A DNA stretch of 64,000 nt from Fibrobacteria bacterium (GCA_043732185.1 JAYTHY010000046.1:64001-128000), one strand, 5' to 3'; counted from the first letter of the stretch, positions 1-9,948 are shown. The notes: generated from the sequence alone by a model not told the origin. A program made the numbers and translations.

Positions 1-444
1 GCCATTTTGGCCGTAACCATGGCGGACTGCCTAACCGCATTGATTTGTGATCCAGAGTCTGGAACCATCGCAGCCGTGCACGCGGGTTGGCGGGGAACAA
101 ACTTGGGTATCTTAGGAAAATCGCTGCACACCCTGACTGTCAAAGGTGTTATTGTACCAGGAAATACCTGGGTGGCTTTCGGACCTTGCCTTAGGCCACA
201 ATCCATGGAAATTGGAACCGAAGTGGCTAACCAACTGGACCCTCAATTTGTGATCCAGCGAGAAAATAAGATCTATTTCGATTTGCCCGGATGCAATCAA
301 GCGCAAGCCTTGCAGGCTGGCATTCTCCCCGAACATTTGCGGGACCTTGGGGGTGATACGCTGCAGGAGCCTGGACGTTTTTTTTCTTTCCGACGCGAGG
401 GGCAGGCTTCCGGACGCATGGCCGCCTTTATTTCCCTAGTTTAA
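1..444 (+). CDS. pgeF: Peptidoglycan editing factor / laccase-domain protein PgeF (YfiH), 5'-truncated by window edge
   Basis: Motifs ADCL, VHAGWRG, FSFRR and GRM typical of the YfiH family; frame open from position 1. Confidence 0.9.
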   Translation, partial: AILAVTMADCLTALICDPESGTIAAVHAGWRGTNLGILGKSLHTLTVKGVIVPGNTWVAFGPCLRPQSMEIGTEVANQLDPQFVIQRENKIYFDLPGCNQAQALQAGILPEHLRDLGGDTLQEPGRFFSFRREGQASGRMAAFISLV

Positions 445-465
445 TTAGCCCCTAACCTCAAATTA

Positions 466-494
466 TTGCAAATTAAGTCTGGAATACTTATTCT
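466..494 (+). promoter_or_regulatory. Putative sigma70 promoter for the 525..1277 gene
   Basis: TTGCAA (466-471), 17-nt spacer, TATTCT (489-494); GGAG SD before ATG 525. Confidence 0.45.
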
Positions 495-524
495 ATTCTC
501 GATAGTACACCCCCTGGAGAAAAC

Positions 525-1277
525 ATGAAAACAGCGTTGATCCGAACCCTAACTTTTTCCGCTCTTGCAGTGGTTTATTCACATGCCATTTTCGGTATCG
601 GCGGGCAATGGGCCCCGGCTCCAAGCCTAGAGGTCAAAGCGAGCAAGGATGTAGTTGCTGGTTCGGGTGCAACAGCGATTTCCTTGGACCAGGCCAAAGT
701 ATCTGGGCTACAGGGATTTGGGCTTAAACTTTGGGTTGATGCTCTCCCCTTTATCGACATTGAAGGTGGTAGCAATGTCCAATGGGGATATTATGATCTG
801 TCCATACTCAGTCCAGCAGATACCGTTCCCGTCAAGTTTGACCTAAATGTGCCAGGCGTGCAAGGCAAGCCTGCCTTTGCCCGCATCGTCAGTGATGTGA
901 CTATTCTTTACCCTTTCCTAAAACTGCCTCCATTGGTGTCGATTCTAAAGCTATACGCAGGCGCAGGCCTTACGCATGTACTGGCTACTGAAGTGCTGAA
1001 TGCTGAGTTCGGTAAAAAAGCGGTAGACAAGGCCTTGGCAAGCGGCAAGCCAGCCGGCACTGCTCAAGAAGTTTCAACCATTTTGGCAAAATCAATTACC
1101 GATGAAGGCCTCAAAAGTGGGATTGGATTCCATCTTGAATTTGGAGCCAAGGCCAAGGTTCCCGTCATTCCCATCGCAGTCTTCGCGGATGTCAAATACC
1201 ATTTCCTGAACAGCATGCCCAAAGCAGCTGATAGCAATAGCATGACTTATGAACTCGGCGCAGCCTTAGCTTTTTAA
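525..1277 (+). CDS. Outer-membrane beta-barrel protein (OmpA/OMP_b-brl-like), function unknown
   Basis: Signal peptide, amphipathic strands (LYAGAGLTHV, FHLEFGAKA), C-terminal YELGAALAF beta-signal. Confidence 0.65.
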   Translation: MKTALIRTLTFSALAVVYSHAIFGIGGQWAPAPSLEVKASKDVVAGSGATAISLDQAKVSGLQGFGLKLWVDALPFIDIEGGSNVQWGYYDLSILSPADTVPVKFDLNVPGVQGKPAFARIVSDVTILYPFLKLPPLVSILKLYAGAGLTHVLATEVLNAEFGKKAVDKALASGKPAGTAQEVSTILAKSITDEGLKSGIGFHLEFGAKAKVPVIPIAVFADVKYHFLNSMPKAADSNSMTYELGAALAF

Positions 1278-1322
1278 ACCCATCTGAATTGAACGCTATG
1301 ATAAGGGAAACCGGCTTAACCT

Positions 1323-1378
1323 TCAGGTAGCCGTATAGCCAGGTAGCCGGTGCTTGAATGTAATCAGGTAGCCGGTGC
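1323..1378. repeat. Three direct copies of CAGGTAGCCG
   Basis: Copies at 1324-1333, 1340-1349 and 1365-1374; the last two extend to 14 bp (CAGGTAGCCGGTGC). Confidence 0.8.
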
Positions 1379-2512
1379 CTGCACTTCGATTTGCCGAGCC
1401 ATTAAGACATGCGCGGGGAGGAGATTGGCCTTCCCCTTTTGACGCAGGGCCCCGATCACTTCATCCAACATTTCTTGCGTGCACAGATGCCGCCCCAGTT
1501 GCTTTGGGGTCTTTCCCCATAGGCTGATGCGAGGCTGCTCGTTCCAAATACTTTCCAACACCCATTCCAACTCTGGAATGGCGATCGTTGCCGTAGCCAA
1601 GTCCTGGGCCATACGGGTAAGTAGACAGGAGCTTAATTCCCATTCGTGTAGGAGGGCTGGAAAAGACCAAGACCCTTCCAATTCCTTGCCGATAAATTCT
1701 TCCCATCTAACCAGGGCTTGCAAATAATTTTCACTCGGTATGGGCATATCCACGCAGAAATCCATCCAATGCGCATGAGACCAAATTTTCTTCTCGAGAG
1801 AAAATGCGGATAATCCATTTGGGCTCAGACGGAGACAGGTCAGACTCCTAGACCGGAGTTCATTGCCAGTGTAGTACGTGGGTGCGGTGAGCAGCACGGC
1901 TTCAGCGACATTTACATTGATGGACCGCAAGGGTGTGCGAAACACCTGCATAAAACAGGCATCCTTGGAAGGTTTTAGCGGCGAGATCCACCAAGGCAAA
2001 TGGTCATTTGGGCTGTAGAGAATTTCCTTGCCCGTTCCCAAATCGCGGCCGTAAAACCGAACGCCGTCATCGTGCATACCCATAAATTCTACCAGCGCGG
2101 TTTCAGCCTCTCCCAGACGCAATGCCAACACCTCTTCCAGCTGGGTATTGAACTCGGTTTCCTTTAGAAAAATCTCATGGATACTGCCGTCATTCTGTGG
2201 GACATCGAGCAGGTAGTAGGCCAAAAAGCGGCCGAAGGTTGCGGGATAATCGCTGCTTGGATAAGACCAGTGGTAGCCGCGACTGTTGATGGGCCCAAGG
2301 AAAGCCGCCAGGTGTTTCTTTTCCTCAAAACGCTCTGGTTGGGACATGGCAAAAGTACAGAGCTTCTGCCATTCCAATCCGATCAAATTGGCTTGCTGGG
2401 ATACTGGGAATTTATATTTCCGCTTCACAACGTCATCCTCATTCCCAGAGAGTGCAACCTGCACCGTTTCGGGTCTCTGATGAGAATACGGGGTGGCCGC
2501 CAAAACCGGCAA
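1364..2512 (-). CDS. Hypothetical protein with possible Xre/MbcA/ParS-type C-terminal motif
   Basis: 382-aa ORF; C-terminal WNEQPRISLWGKTPKQL resembles the W-x-x-x-P-x-x-x-L-x-G-x-TP motif; TTG start uncertain. Confidence 0.55.
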   Translation of the reverse strand: MPVLAATPYSHQRPETVQVALSGNEDDVVKRKYKFPVSQQANLIGLEWQKLCTFAMSQPERFEEKKHLAAFLGPINSRGYHWSYPSSDYPATFGRFLAYYLLDVPQNDGSIHEIFLKETEFNTQLEEVLALRLGEAETALVEFMGMHDDGVRFYGRDLGTGKEILYSPNDHLPWWISPLKPSKDACFMQVFRTPLRSINVNVAEAVLLTAPTYYTGNELRSRSLTCLRLSPNGLSAFSLEKKIWSHAHWMDFCVDMPIPSENYLQALVRWEEFIGKELEGSWSFPALLHEWELSSCLLTRMAQDLATATIAIPELEWVLESIWNEQPRISLWGKTPKQLGRHLCTQEMLDEVIGALRQKGKANLLPAHVLMARQIEVQAPAT

Positions 2513-2597
2513 GTTTAACAGTTAAGCATTATGAGCGAATTCGTTGCAATTCCCGTTTTATCGGGAAGGAGAAACTAAAAAAACCCAATCCGGGAAT

Positions 2598-4067
2598 TCA
2601 GGGGAGATAGGAGTTGTAGTTGATCCGCTCCACACCGGCATCCGTGCCGATCCAGAGTTTTCCAGCTGCTACGGAAAAGTTCAACACTTTAGAGCCGGGA
2701 ATGCCATCCTGAAGTCGGAAATCGGTCCATAGTTTTTTTTGCAAATCATATACGGTAACGCCGGTATAGAAGGCCACAAACAATAAGTCGCCTTCGAATC
2801 GGATGCGGAAGGCTTGGTCGCGCTCAAGTAACACTTTGACCGGCTGCTTCTTGGCTTTAACCATAATGCGATTGCCGTTGATCCAGTACAAACTGGTGTC
2901 GTGATAGGCCACGGAAGGGACCGTGACCAAGGTTGCTTCCGGAACATCTTTTCCTGACACGGACTTTAGGTCTTTCCACCCACTGGCTTGATGGACAAAG
3001 AGACCCAAGCGTGTGGCCGCCCACAAATCCCGATCTTTGGAAACTAAATCGTACACTGGCAGGCCACCTTGGTTAAGCGATTCCATTGCTTGGAAATCTC
3101 CCTGCGGATCGGTTAAATAGGCAACACCTGTTTCCGAGGCCGCGTACAGGCTTCCATCATGCACATGTAAGGAGTTGACACGCACATTTGTACCGCCCAT
3201 AAAATTTTGCAACATCCGAAACTGTCCCGTTACCGGATCATGGCGGACAACGCCTTTTTCAGTTGCCAACCAAATAAAACCCTTCCATTCCTTTATATCG
3301 TGGATGCAGCCATCCCCAAATCCCGTTTCCATCTGCGCTGGAAAAACTTTCCATCCCGTAAGGTCGGATTTGGCTGTCACTAAGGATCCATTGCTGGAAC
3401 CGCCGAGACCTGACGCTGCCGATAAATCGGTGCGGCAAGCGCCAAACCAAACATTGCCCCCTTGTTGATACACAACCTGCGCGGCCGGATCCTCAAGCCC
3501 AAACCAGAAAGAGGAAACAGACTTGCGACGTATAGAGCCATAGAACGGTCCCAAGCCGGAAGTCAAAACCCAAAGGTTGTCATAGTCGAATACGGCAGCT
3601 TTTGAAACAGGGGCCCGGCGCATGTATTTGTCGCGGATGGCATCGCCCAGGAAAAAATTATTGCCATCCATTGTCAGGCCATTTAAATCTGGTACGGTGC
3701 CCGAACCATCGGCGGCGATGAAATCTTCATGCGACGCATCAGTAAGCCGGCGAAAGGTGGAGTTGTATTCCAGCACTCGCCCACCTTCAATTTGCAAGTA
3801 CACCTTGGAACGGTTTTGGGAATAACGAATGGATGAGATGGGAAGACCTGGGGCGAGATTGTCCACCCAAGTCGAACGGCGATAATCGTACATGAGCACA
3901 CCGCTTTCGGTGAGCATGTAGGCGTTTTTGGAATCGCCAACAATCTGGGTTGGTTTTTTGTGGGTTGAGAAGAAGAAAAGATCCTGGGTTTGTAGATTTG
4001 CCGAATGCAGGGGCAAACTAAGGGCCAGCGCCAATACGACCGTAGTGCAGGCTATGCGAATATTCAT
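2598..4067 (-). CDS. Secreted beta-propeller protein
   Basis: Signal peptide from ATG 4067; repeated blades (IWLATEKGV, LYAASETGV, LWAATRLGL, LWIGTDAGV). Confidence 0.75.
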   Translation of the reverse strand: MNIRIACTTVVLALALSLPLHSANLQTQDLFFFSTHKKPTQIVGDSKNAYMLTESGVLMYDYRRSTWVDNLAPGLPISSIRYSQNRSKVYLQIEGGRVLEYNSTFRRLTDASHEDFIAADGSGTVPDLNGLTMDGNNFFLGDAIRDKYMRRAPVSKAAVFDYDNLWVLTSGLGPFYGSIRRKSVSSFWFGLEDPAAQVVYQQGGNVWFGACRTDLSAASGLGGSSNGSLVTAKSDLTGWKVFPAQMETGFGDGCIHDIKEWKGFIWLATEKGVVRHDPVTGQFRMLQNFMGGTNVRVNSLHVHDGSLYAASETGVAYLTDPQGDFQAMESLNQGGLPVYDLVSKDRDLWAATRLGLFVHQASGWKDLKSVSGKDVPEATLVTVPSVAYHDTSLYWINGNRIMVKAKKQPVKVLLERDQAFRIRFEGDLLFVAFYTGVTVYDLQKKLWTDFRLQDGIPGSKVLNFSVAAGKLWIGTDAGVERINYNSYLP

Positions 4068-4947
4068 CAAGTATGGCTTGTAAATCAAATCCGTTAAACC
4101 TCTGACCTAGAAGATCCATATCCTGGCGCAATTTGGCAAGTTCCCGGGGATCTTCGATGAGTAGCAGCCTCAATGCCTGGGCACGTAGGCCCGGAATATT
4201 CAAACCTAACTCGCCATAAATGGCAACCGCGCGGGAATTGGACTCCTGGGCGGCTTCACGCTGACCCAATGAAAACAGACATATAGCTTGCTGATTGAGG
4301 CAGGCGGCTACTTTGGCTAAGCGACCTTGATCGCGATAATAGATAATTGCTTGTTGCCAAAAGGGCTCAGCTACACTGAACTCCTTCCGTGCCATCGCCG
4401 CCATGGCCTGCAAACCGGACGTGCGACCTTGATCCAACCTGCCCAGGTGCTTTGCAAATGCCTCGAACTCCTGCGACCATTCACTGGGATCTCGGGATTG
4501 AATGAGGTAGCGCAGTCGGTCCAACTGCATCACCCGCTCTTTGTCGTTTTCACCCTTGGCCAGCTGCAAGGAAGAATCAACCAGTAAGAGCGCCTGCGGA
4601 AATTTTCGTTCCTGATAAGCAAGCTGCGATCGCTTCCATATGATAAGCGATCGTAGAGAATTATCCCGTGTGGACAATCCTTCCAGAAGTCTGCCAGCTT
4701 CTCCATAATCCATTGCTTCCAGTTCTACGTCAGCAAGATTGATGGTTGCCTTGGCGATCCAATCCTCTTTGCCTTTAAGCACGGCATCCTGAAGCGCCTT
4801 ATTAAAAAACAACCGCGCCAAATCGTATTTGCCCGCAGCGTAAGCCGCCATTCCCCGTTCGGCGTATTTTGGCGAATCATCTGCCTGAGACCTTGTCGCA
4901 CAAATAAGAAGAATACTTAACGCAAAACCGAAAACTAAGCGCTGCAT
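4018..4947 (-). CDS. Exported tetratricopeptide-repeat protein
   Basis: Signal peptide; helical TPR-like repeats (GMAAYAAGKYDLA, AACLNQQAICLFSLGQ). Confidence 0.7.
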   Translation of the reverse strand: MQRLVFGFALSILLICATRSQADDSPKYAERGMAAYAAGKYDLARLFFNKALQDAVLKGKEDWIAKATINLADVELEAMDYGEAGRLLEGLSTRDNSLRSLIIWKRSQLAYQERKFPQALLLVDSSLQLAKGENDKERVMQLDRLRYLIQSRDPSEWSQEFEAFAKHLGRLDQGRTSGLQAMAAMARKEFSVAEPFWQQAIIYYRDQGRLAKVAACLNQQAICLFSLGQREAAQESNSRAVAIYGELGLNIPGLRAQALRLLLIEDPRELAKLRQDMDLLGQRFNGFDLQAILDEYSHSLHYGRIGAGP

Positions 4948-5898
4948 CTAAGGACCCGTTTCATTCAGTAATACGGGGTATTCGCCTTGCTTGGCCATCT
5001 TCCCCCGGATAAACCAAAGATGGGAAACCGCGTCCATCAAATCACCGGCCTGATCGAGTTTGCCCGCCCCTTGAAGCATAATTTGATCCATGCGTCTTAA
5101 AATGGTTTCACTTTGATCGGCCAACAAATTGGCATGCACGCTGAGCTTTTCAACTTGATCGGCCGTACGCACCAGACGACTGGAAGTGGTGTCTGCGCGG
5201 GACAAAAAGCCTCCCAAGCTAGAGTGGATGGTATCTGTCAACAACTGGACGCGACCCAGTACTTGCCGACCCTGACCCACCGCAGTATCCACGTGGTTCA
5301 CACTAGTCAAAAGATGATCGTACAATTCCCGCGAACCGAGCATGGCTCCTACCGTCGAAGCCGGATCCTTGCTCATGGTGGCAATGGTGTCGATGCTGTT
5401 GATCAGTTGATCCATTTTGCCCATGAGTTTGGTCAGGCCACTTAGGACGGACTCGATATCACGAGAATCCGATACGGCGAGAGTATCTCCGGAGTTGAGT
5501 ACCAGGCCGCCCGGTCCAGACGTCTCGATATTCACAACCCGATCAGAAACCAAATTTTTGTCCCGCAACGCGAAAGCCACGGATCTCGTGGTGATAAAGT
5601 CCTGGAATTTTTTATCCAAAGTTAGGTCCAGTACAACCTTGCCTCCCGACATCTTTACATCATGCGTCAACATCAAGTTCAATGACTGTACCCGGCCGAT
5701 TTTCACACCATTAAAAAGCACGTCGGCACCAGGACGCAGCCCTACGCCATTCTCAAATACTGCACTCAATTTATATTGCAATTCAAACACGCCCTTTTTC
5801 TCGAAAAGAACGATGATAAGGACGATAAAAGTCACCAAGGCACTGACTACAAAAAATCCGGTTAGCAAATTGCGGTGACGATAGAGATCCAGCTTCAT
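4948..5898 (-). CDS. mlaD: MCE/MlaD family protein with helical C-terminal extension
   Basis: N-terminal TM; MCE motif GLRPGADVLFNGVKIGRV; adjacent to mlaF and mlaE. Confidence 0.88.
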   Translation of the reverse strand: MKLDLYRHRNLLTGFFVVSALVTFIVLIIVLFEKKGVFELQYKLSAVFENGVGLRPGADVLFNGVKIGRVQSLNLMLTHDVKMSGGKVVLDLTLDKKFQDFITTRSVAFALRDKNLVSDRVVNIETSGPGGLVLNSGDTLAVSDSRDIESVLSGLTKLMGKMDQLINSIDTIATMSKDPASTVGAMLGSRELYDHLLTSVNHVDTAVGQGRQVLGRVQLLTDTIHSSLGGFLSRADTTSSRLVRTADQVEKLSVHANLLADQSETILRRMDQIMLQGAGKLDQAGDLMDAVSHLWFIRGKMAKQGEYPVLLNETGP

Positions 5899-6668
5899 GC
5901 AGGACCCGCTGCGCTGGTCATATTGGCTTCTTCTTCCAATTGTCGGAATAGGTATTCAACAAAAGAATCCTGGCAATTCTTCAATTGTTCAAAATTCATC
6001 GGTTCAAGTAGCTCACCGTCCTTAAGCACTCCGATTTCACCACCCAGTTCACGAGCGGCCAGTAAATCATGGGTAACCAGAATCATGGAAACATGGTTGA
6101 TACGGCGAATATTGGCAATGAGTGCGAGTAAAACCGAACGGCTAATGCGATCCAGTCCTGCTGTGGGTTCGTCCATGAGAATGAGTTTGGGCCGCATGAT
6201 CATGGCTCTGGCCACCGCTGCGCGTTTGAGTATGCCGAGACTAAGCGATGCCGGGTACTGGTGTTGAAATTCCTTGATTAAAAGCATTTCCAAGGCATTG
6301 TCAACGCGGTAACGGATTTCATCTTCATCACCGACATTATGATAAATCAACGGCATCGCCACGTTTTCAAATATGGTTTTGGTGGAAAGCAGGGCCGGAC
6401 TTTGAAAGACAAATCCAACACTTCTCTTGAGTTCATTAAACTCGATGGCATTCAAAGTGGCTATATCCGTACCCAATAGGCGAATCACTCCGGCATCCGG
6501 TTTTTCCAGCCCAATCAACAGCCGTAAAATAGTGCTCTTGCCCTGACCGGACATACCACATATGATCAATATTTGGCCCGGAAGTACATGAAAATTGACG
6601 CGTTGGAGAACGGGCTCCTGTCCCGGATAGGCAAAACGCAAATTGGTCACAGAAGCTACCACGCTCAT
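5895..6668 (-). CDS. mlaF: ABC transporter ATPase, MlaF/Mkl family
   Basis: Walker A GMSGQGKS, Q-loop VFQ, Walker B ILMDEP, H-loop VTHD; operon context. Confidence 0.88.
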   Translation of the reverse strand: MSVVASVTNLRFAYPGQEPVLQRVNFHVLPGQILIICGMSGQGKSTILRLLIGLEKPDAGVIRLLGTDIATLNAIEFNELKRSVGFVFQSPALLSTKTIFENVAMPLIYHNVGDEDEIRYRVDNALEMLLIKEFQHQYPASLSLGILKRAAVARAMIMRPKLILMDEPTAGLDRISRSVLLALIANIRRINHVSMILVTHDLLAARELGGEIGVLKDGELLEPMNFEQLKNCQDSFVEYLFRQLEEEANMTSAAGPA

Positions 6669-7489
6669 AAAAAACCAACTTTAGCCAAAAATGGAATGGC
6701 AAATAGAGTATCAAAAAGGGTGATGCAGATAAAACAGTTTACCACTCCATTGGTTGTGGCCTTTGGCACTTGGCGGATATCATTGGAAACATTGATGCCG
6801 TGATAACAAGATATGACGGAAACCAGGATGCCAAAGAATAGCGGTTTCACTACGCTAAGCAGGCCGTCTATCACACCCATAGAAGCCAAAATGCGTTCCA
6901 GAAAAAGGGATAGTGAAAGTTGCACCTCCGAAAATTCGGCCAGCGATACCGAAAGCAATTTGACTACCAAATAGCCTCCAAAAATGGCGACCACATTGAA
7001 AATAACGGTGAGACAAAACATGGAAATGAGGATGGCGGCAAAGGAGGGGTACACCAAGTAACGCACGGGATCGATGCCCATTGTTTTTAGTGCGTCGATT
7101 TCCTGTTGCACTTTCATATTGCCGAGGTAGGTCGTCAAGGCCGAACCCGTCCGACCAGCCACCAGGAAGGCCGTGAAGAGCGGGCCTACTTCACGAATCA
7201 CCACTAGCACCATGACATTTCCGAAATAATCCCCCGCCCCAATTTTCGGCATCACCGTTGAAGCTTGTAGGATGGTGGCGCTTCCAATGATCAAGGCCAA
7301 AAAAGCAACCAGGGGAATGGCTTCTACTCCGGTATGGTAGATTTGCCCAATCAGTTGCTCGAGACTTTGCTTGCGATTACCTTGGCGGTTTTGGACGGCG
7401 CACCATGAGGCCTCCAACCCTAACTCCATCAATTGCCCGATGTAGGACTTGCGATATCGCATTCCTATCCAAAAAAGTACATGGCTCAT
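6665..7489 (-). CDS. mlaE: MlaE family ABC permease
   Basis: REVGPLFTAFLVAGRTGS and EIDALKTMGIDPVRYLV motifs. Confidence 0.92.
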   Translation of the reverse strand: MSHVLFWIGMRYRKSYIGQLMELGLEASWCAVQNRQGNRKQSLEQLIGQIYHTGVEAIPLVAFLALIIGSATILQASTVMPKIGAGDYFGNVMVLVVIREVGPLFTAFLVAGRTGSALTTYLGNMKVQQEIDALKTMGIDPVRYLVYPSFAAILISMFCLTVIFNVVAIFGGYLVVKLLSVSLAEFSEVQLSLSLFLERILASMGVIDGLLSVVKPLFFGILVSVISCYHGINVSNDIRQVPKATTNGVVNCFICITLFDTLFAIPFLAKVGFL

Positions 7490-7548
7490 TAGGCCTATTG
7501 TACACTAGGCACGCCATTCAAGGACAGCTCTGGAGAATTTGAGAAATA

Positions 7549-8148
7549 TTAGGAATTAGTTTTTTTCGGGGCTTGGAGAAGGATTTCCAGCTGTTCGAGC
7601 ACTTCTTCCCGGCCAATTTTTGCGTCTGCGCTCGTAAGTAGGGGCGGTTGGGGCAAGGCATGTCGCGAAGCAATTTGCTTTAAGGCTAGGCGAGCTTTTT
7701 CTTTTCCCAATTTATCCCCTTTTGTCGTCACTACCAAAAGAGGAATTTCAAAACCAGTCAGCCATTTCAAGGCTTCTGCATCTACGGGACTGTCTACCAT
7801 CCGTATGTCGATGAGATAAAGCAAACCAGATAGAGATCGGCAACTGCGGAAATAAATATCGATAGCGTCTTCCATGCTTCGTTTTTCTTCGCGGCCGGTT
7901 TTTGCGTAGCCGAAGCCGGGAATATCCACGAGGTAAAAAGCTTGGTTGATCAAGAAGAAATTAATGAGTTTGGTCTTACCCGGAACTTGGCTGGTCTTAA
8001 CCAAATTTTTTCGCTGAACAAGAAAATTCAGTAAAGAGGATTTTCCCACATTCGAACGTCCTGCCACGGCGATATGCGGCAATCCGTCCTTGGGATAATC
8101 CTTCGGTTCCAATGCGGAAAGTATAAAATCTGCGGATTTAATTTGCAT
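7549..8148 (-). CDS. engB: Ribosome biogenesis GTPase YihA/EngB (YsxC)
   Basis: GRSNVGKSS, PGKT, DIPGFG, TKGDK motifs. Confidence 0.95.
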   Translation of the reverse strand: MQIKSADFILSALEPKDYPKDGLPHIAVAGRSNVGKSSLLNFLVQRKNLVKTSQVPGKTKLINFFLINQAFYLVDIPGFGYAKTGREEKRSMEDAIDIYFRSCRSLSGLLYLIDIRMVDSPVDAEALKWLTGFEIPLLVVTTKGDKLGKEKARLALKQIASRHALPQPPLLTSADAKIGREEVLEQLEILLQAPKKTNS

Positions 8149-8186
8149 GAATATCTGATTTGGGTTGAACGAGGCAAGGGAAGTCC

Positions 8187-8795
8187 TTAGCCCATTTCCA
8201 CCCGGCTTTCCAATGCTCTTTGCACCGTCAGTTCATCGACATACTCTAGTTCGGATCCAATAGGAATACCGCGCGCCAGACGAGTGATTTTGACACCCTT
8301 TCCCTGAAGCTTATGCATGATAAATGTTGCGGTGGCTTCCCCTTCGGCATTGGTATTCAAAGCCAGGATCAATTCCACGTCAGCCTGCAGGCTTCGCTCC
8401 CAAAGTCTGGCAAAATTAAGTTCAGCAGGGCCAATTCCATCGAGCGGAGAAATCGTTCCACCCAAAACATGGTAGACTCCTGGAAAGGTACCGCTGCGTT
8501 CGAAGGCCAAAATGTCGGCGGGCTTTTCTACCACGCAAATCAAATTCTGCTGACGACGGACATTGGCGCAAATTCGACAGGTTTCCCTTTCGGTATAATT
8601 GCCGCAGGACAAACATGCATGGATCCGGGACTTGCCTTCCGTTAAAGCTCTAGCCAAATCTTGCACGACCCCGGATTCCTGAGACAAGATATGGTAGGCC
8701 AACCGCTGTGCGGTTTTGCGGCCAATGGATGGCAGTCCGGCCAGCTGGTTAATCAAGTTTTCAATGATAATTTCCCGGGTATCCATTTCCGACAT
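8187..8795 (-). CDS. recR: Recombination protein RecR
   Basis: LPSIGRKTAQRLA HhH, C4 zinc finger, Toprim (YHVLGG..SPLDGIGP, EGEATA). Confidence 0.97.
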   Translation of the reverse strand: MSEMDTREIIIENLINQLAGLPSIGRKTAQRLAYHILSQESGVVQDLARALTEGKSRIHACLSCGNYTERETCRICANVRRQQNLICVVEKPADILAFERSGTFPGVYHVLGGTISPLDGIGPAELNFARLWERSLQADVELILALNTNAEGEATATFIMHKLQGKGVKITRLARGIPIGSELEYVDELTVQRALESRVEMG

Positions 8796-8946
8796 GGCCT
8801 ATATATTACTTAAAAGTCCTACGTTCGCCTGAGAATTAGGAGGGATTAGGTGTTTTTTTTGGAAAGGCAACTTGTTAAATTATTCGCGACTTTGGTCAGC
8901 TTTTGGCCAAAAAGACTCAAGCAGGGAAATAACCAAAACCAGTACT

Positions 8947-9948
8947 ATGTGTTCTAAAGCAAGTTTCACTTACCGCCCAGCCCTTTTCATGGCTTTATTC
9001 CTAACCCTTGCCACTTGGCCGATGGCTGGAAGCGTCCTCGATTCAACGGCGGCTACAGTTGAGCCTGAAGCCGTTCCCCAAGAAGCGGTCAAGCTTTCTG
9101 CCCACGGAGCTTTTAGCAATCCTTCTCCCCGAGTAGGGGATTCACTAGACTATGTGCTGCAAGTGGAGTGGGAAGAATCGCAGGTGCCGGTTATGGTGTT
9201 GGCTCCAGACAGCTTAGTCTTTTCAGGTTTTAAAATTTTAGGCCAAGCCACCGTCCACAAAAAGCTGGCAAACGCCCAAGGCATTCGCAACCATACGGAA
9301 TTCGTGTATCGCCTACGTGCGCAAATCCAAGGCAGTGGCCGGATTTCATCCTTAAAGATACGGTATATCACTGGATTGTCCGGACATGAAGAAGCCCTTT
9401 TCATCCCAACAGCATTAATCGATATCGCGCAAGCCCCCGTGCACTTGATGGATATGTTGTGGTTCAAACTATTAGCAGGACTGCTTCTCTTTGGCGCCGC
9501 AGTCATGCTGGGTTGGACGGCTTTTAAAGTGACTTTGCGAACACGGAAAAAATCGGAACCGGCCAAACTGGATCTCGGCCCCAAAGTGCAAGAGTTGAAA
9601 ATCCGGTTGAAGTCCGCGGCCAGCTCACCGGAAGCTTCCAGGGACATTTTAATGGCCATGGAATCCTTGAGTATCCTTTATCTGCAACATGCACTAAAGC
9701 CCCAAGGGCCAAAGCCTCCGGGAACGGTTACACAAACCTCGCCTCAAGCTAAGTTTGAGCCGGTATTAGAAGCGTTTTTAGCGCGTACAGGAAACACCGA
9801 TAACGAGGTACAGGATTGGGGAAAACTCAGGGAACTATTCCGCCACGCGCGATTCGCGGGTGGGCATAAGGAACCGCATGAGCTTCAAGATGCGTTCAAG
9901 ACCTTCAAGAGATGTTTAAAAATAACGGGAGAAGAAGAGCATGAATAG
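8947..9948 (+). CDS. Membrane-anchored protein with one BatD-like Ig domain
   Basis: Signal peptide, Ig-like domain (VGDSLDYVLQVEW), single TM, helical tail ending ARFAG; first gene of the MoxR operon; start uncertain (8872-8989). Confidence 0.6.
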   Translation: MCSKASFTYRPALFMALFLTLATWPMAGSVLDSTAATVEPEAVPQEAVKLSAHGAFSNPSPRVGDSLDYVLQVEWEESQVPVMVLAPDSLVFSGFKILGQATVHKKLANAQGIRNHTEFVYRLRAQIQGSGRISSLKIRYITGLSGHEEALFIPTALIDIAQAPVHLMDMLWFKLLAGLLLFGAAVMLGWTAFKVTLRTRKKSEPAKLDLGPKVQELKIRLKSAASSPEASRDILMAMESLSILYLQHALKPQGPKPPGTVTQTSPQAKFEPVLEAFLARTGNTDNEVQDWGKLRELFRHARFAGGHKEPHELQDAFKTFKRCLKITGEEEHE

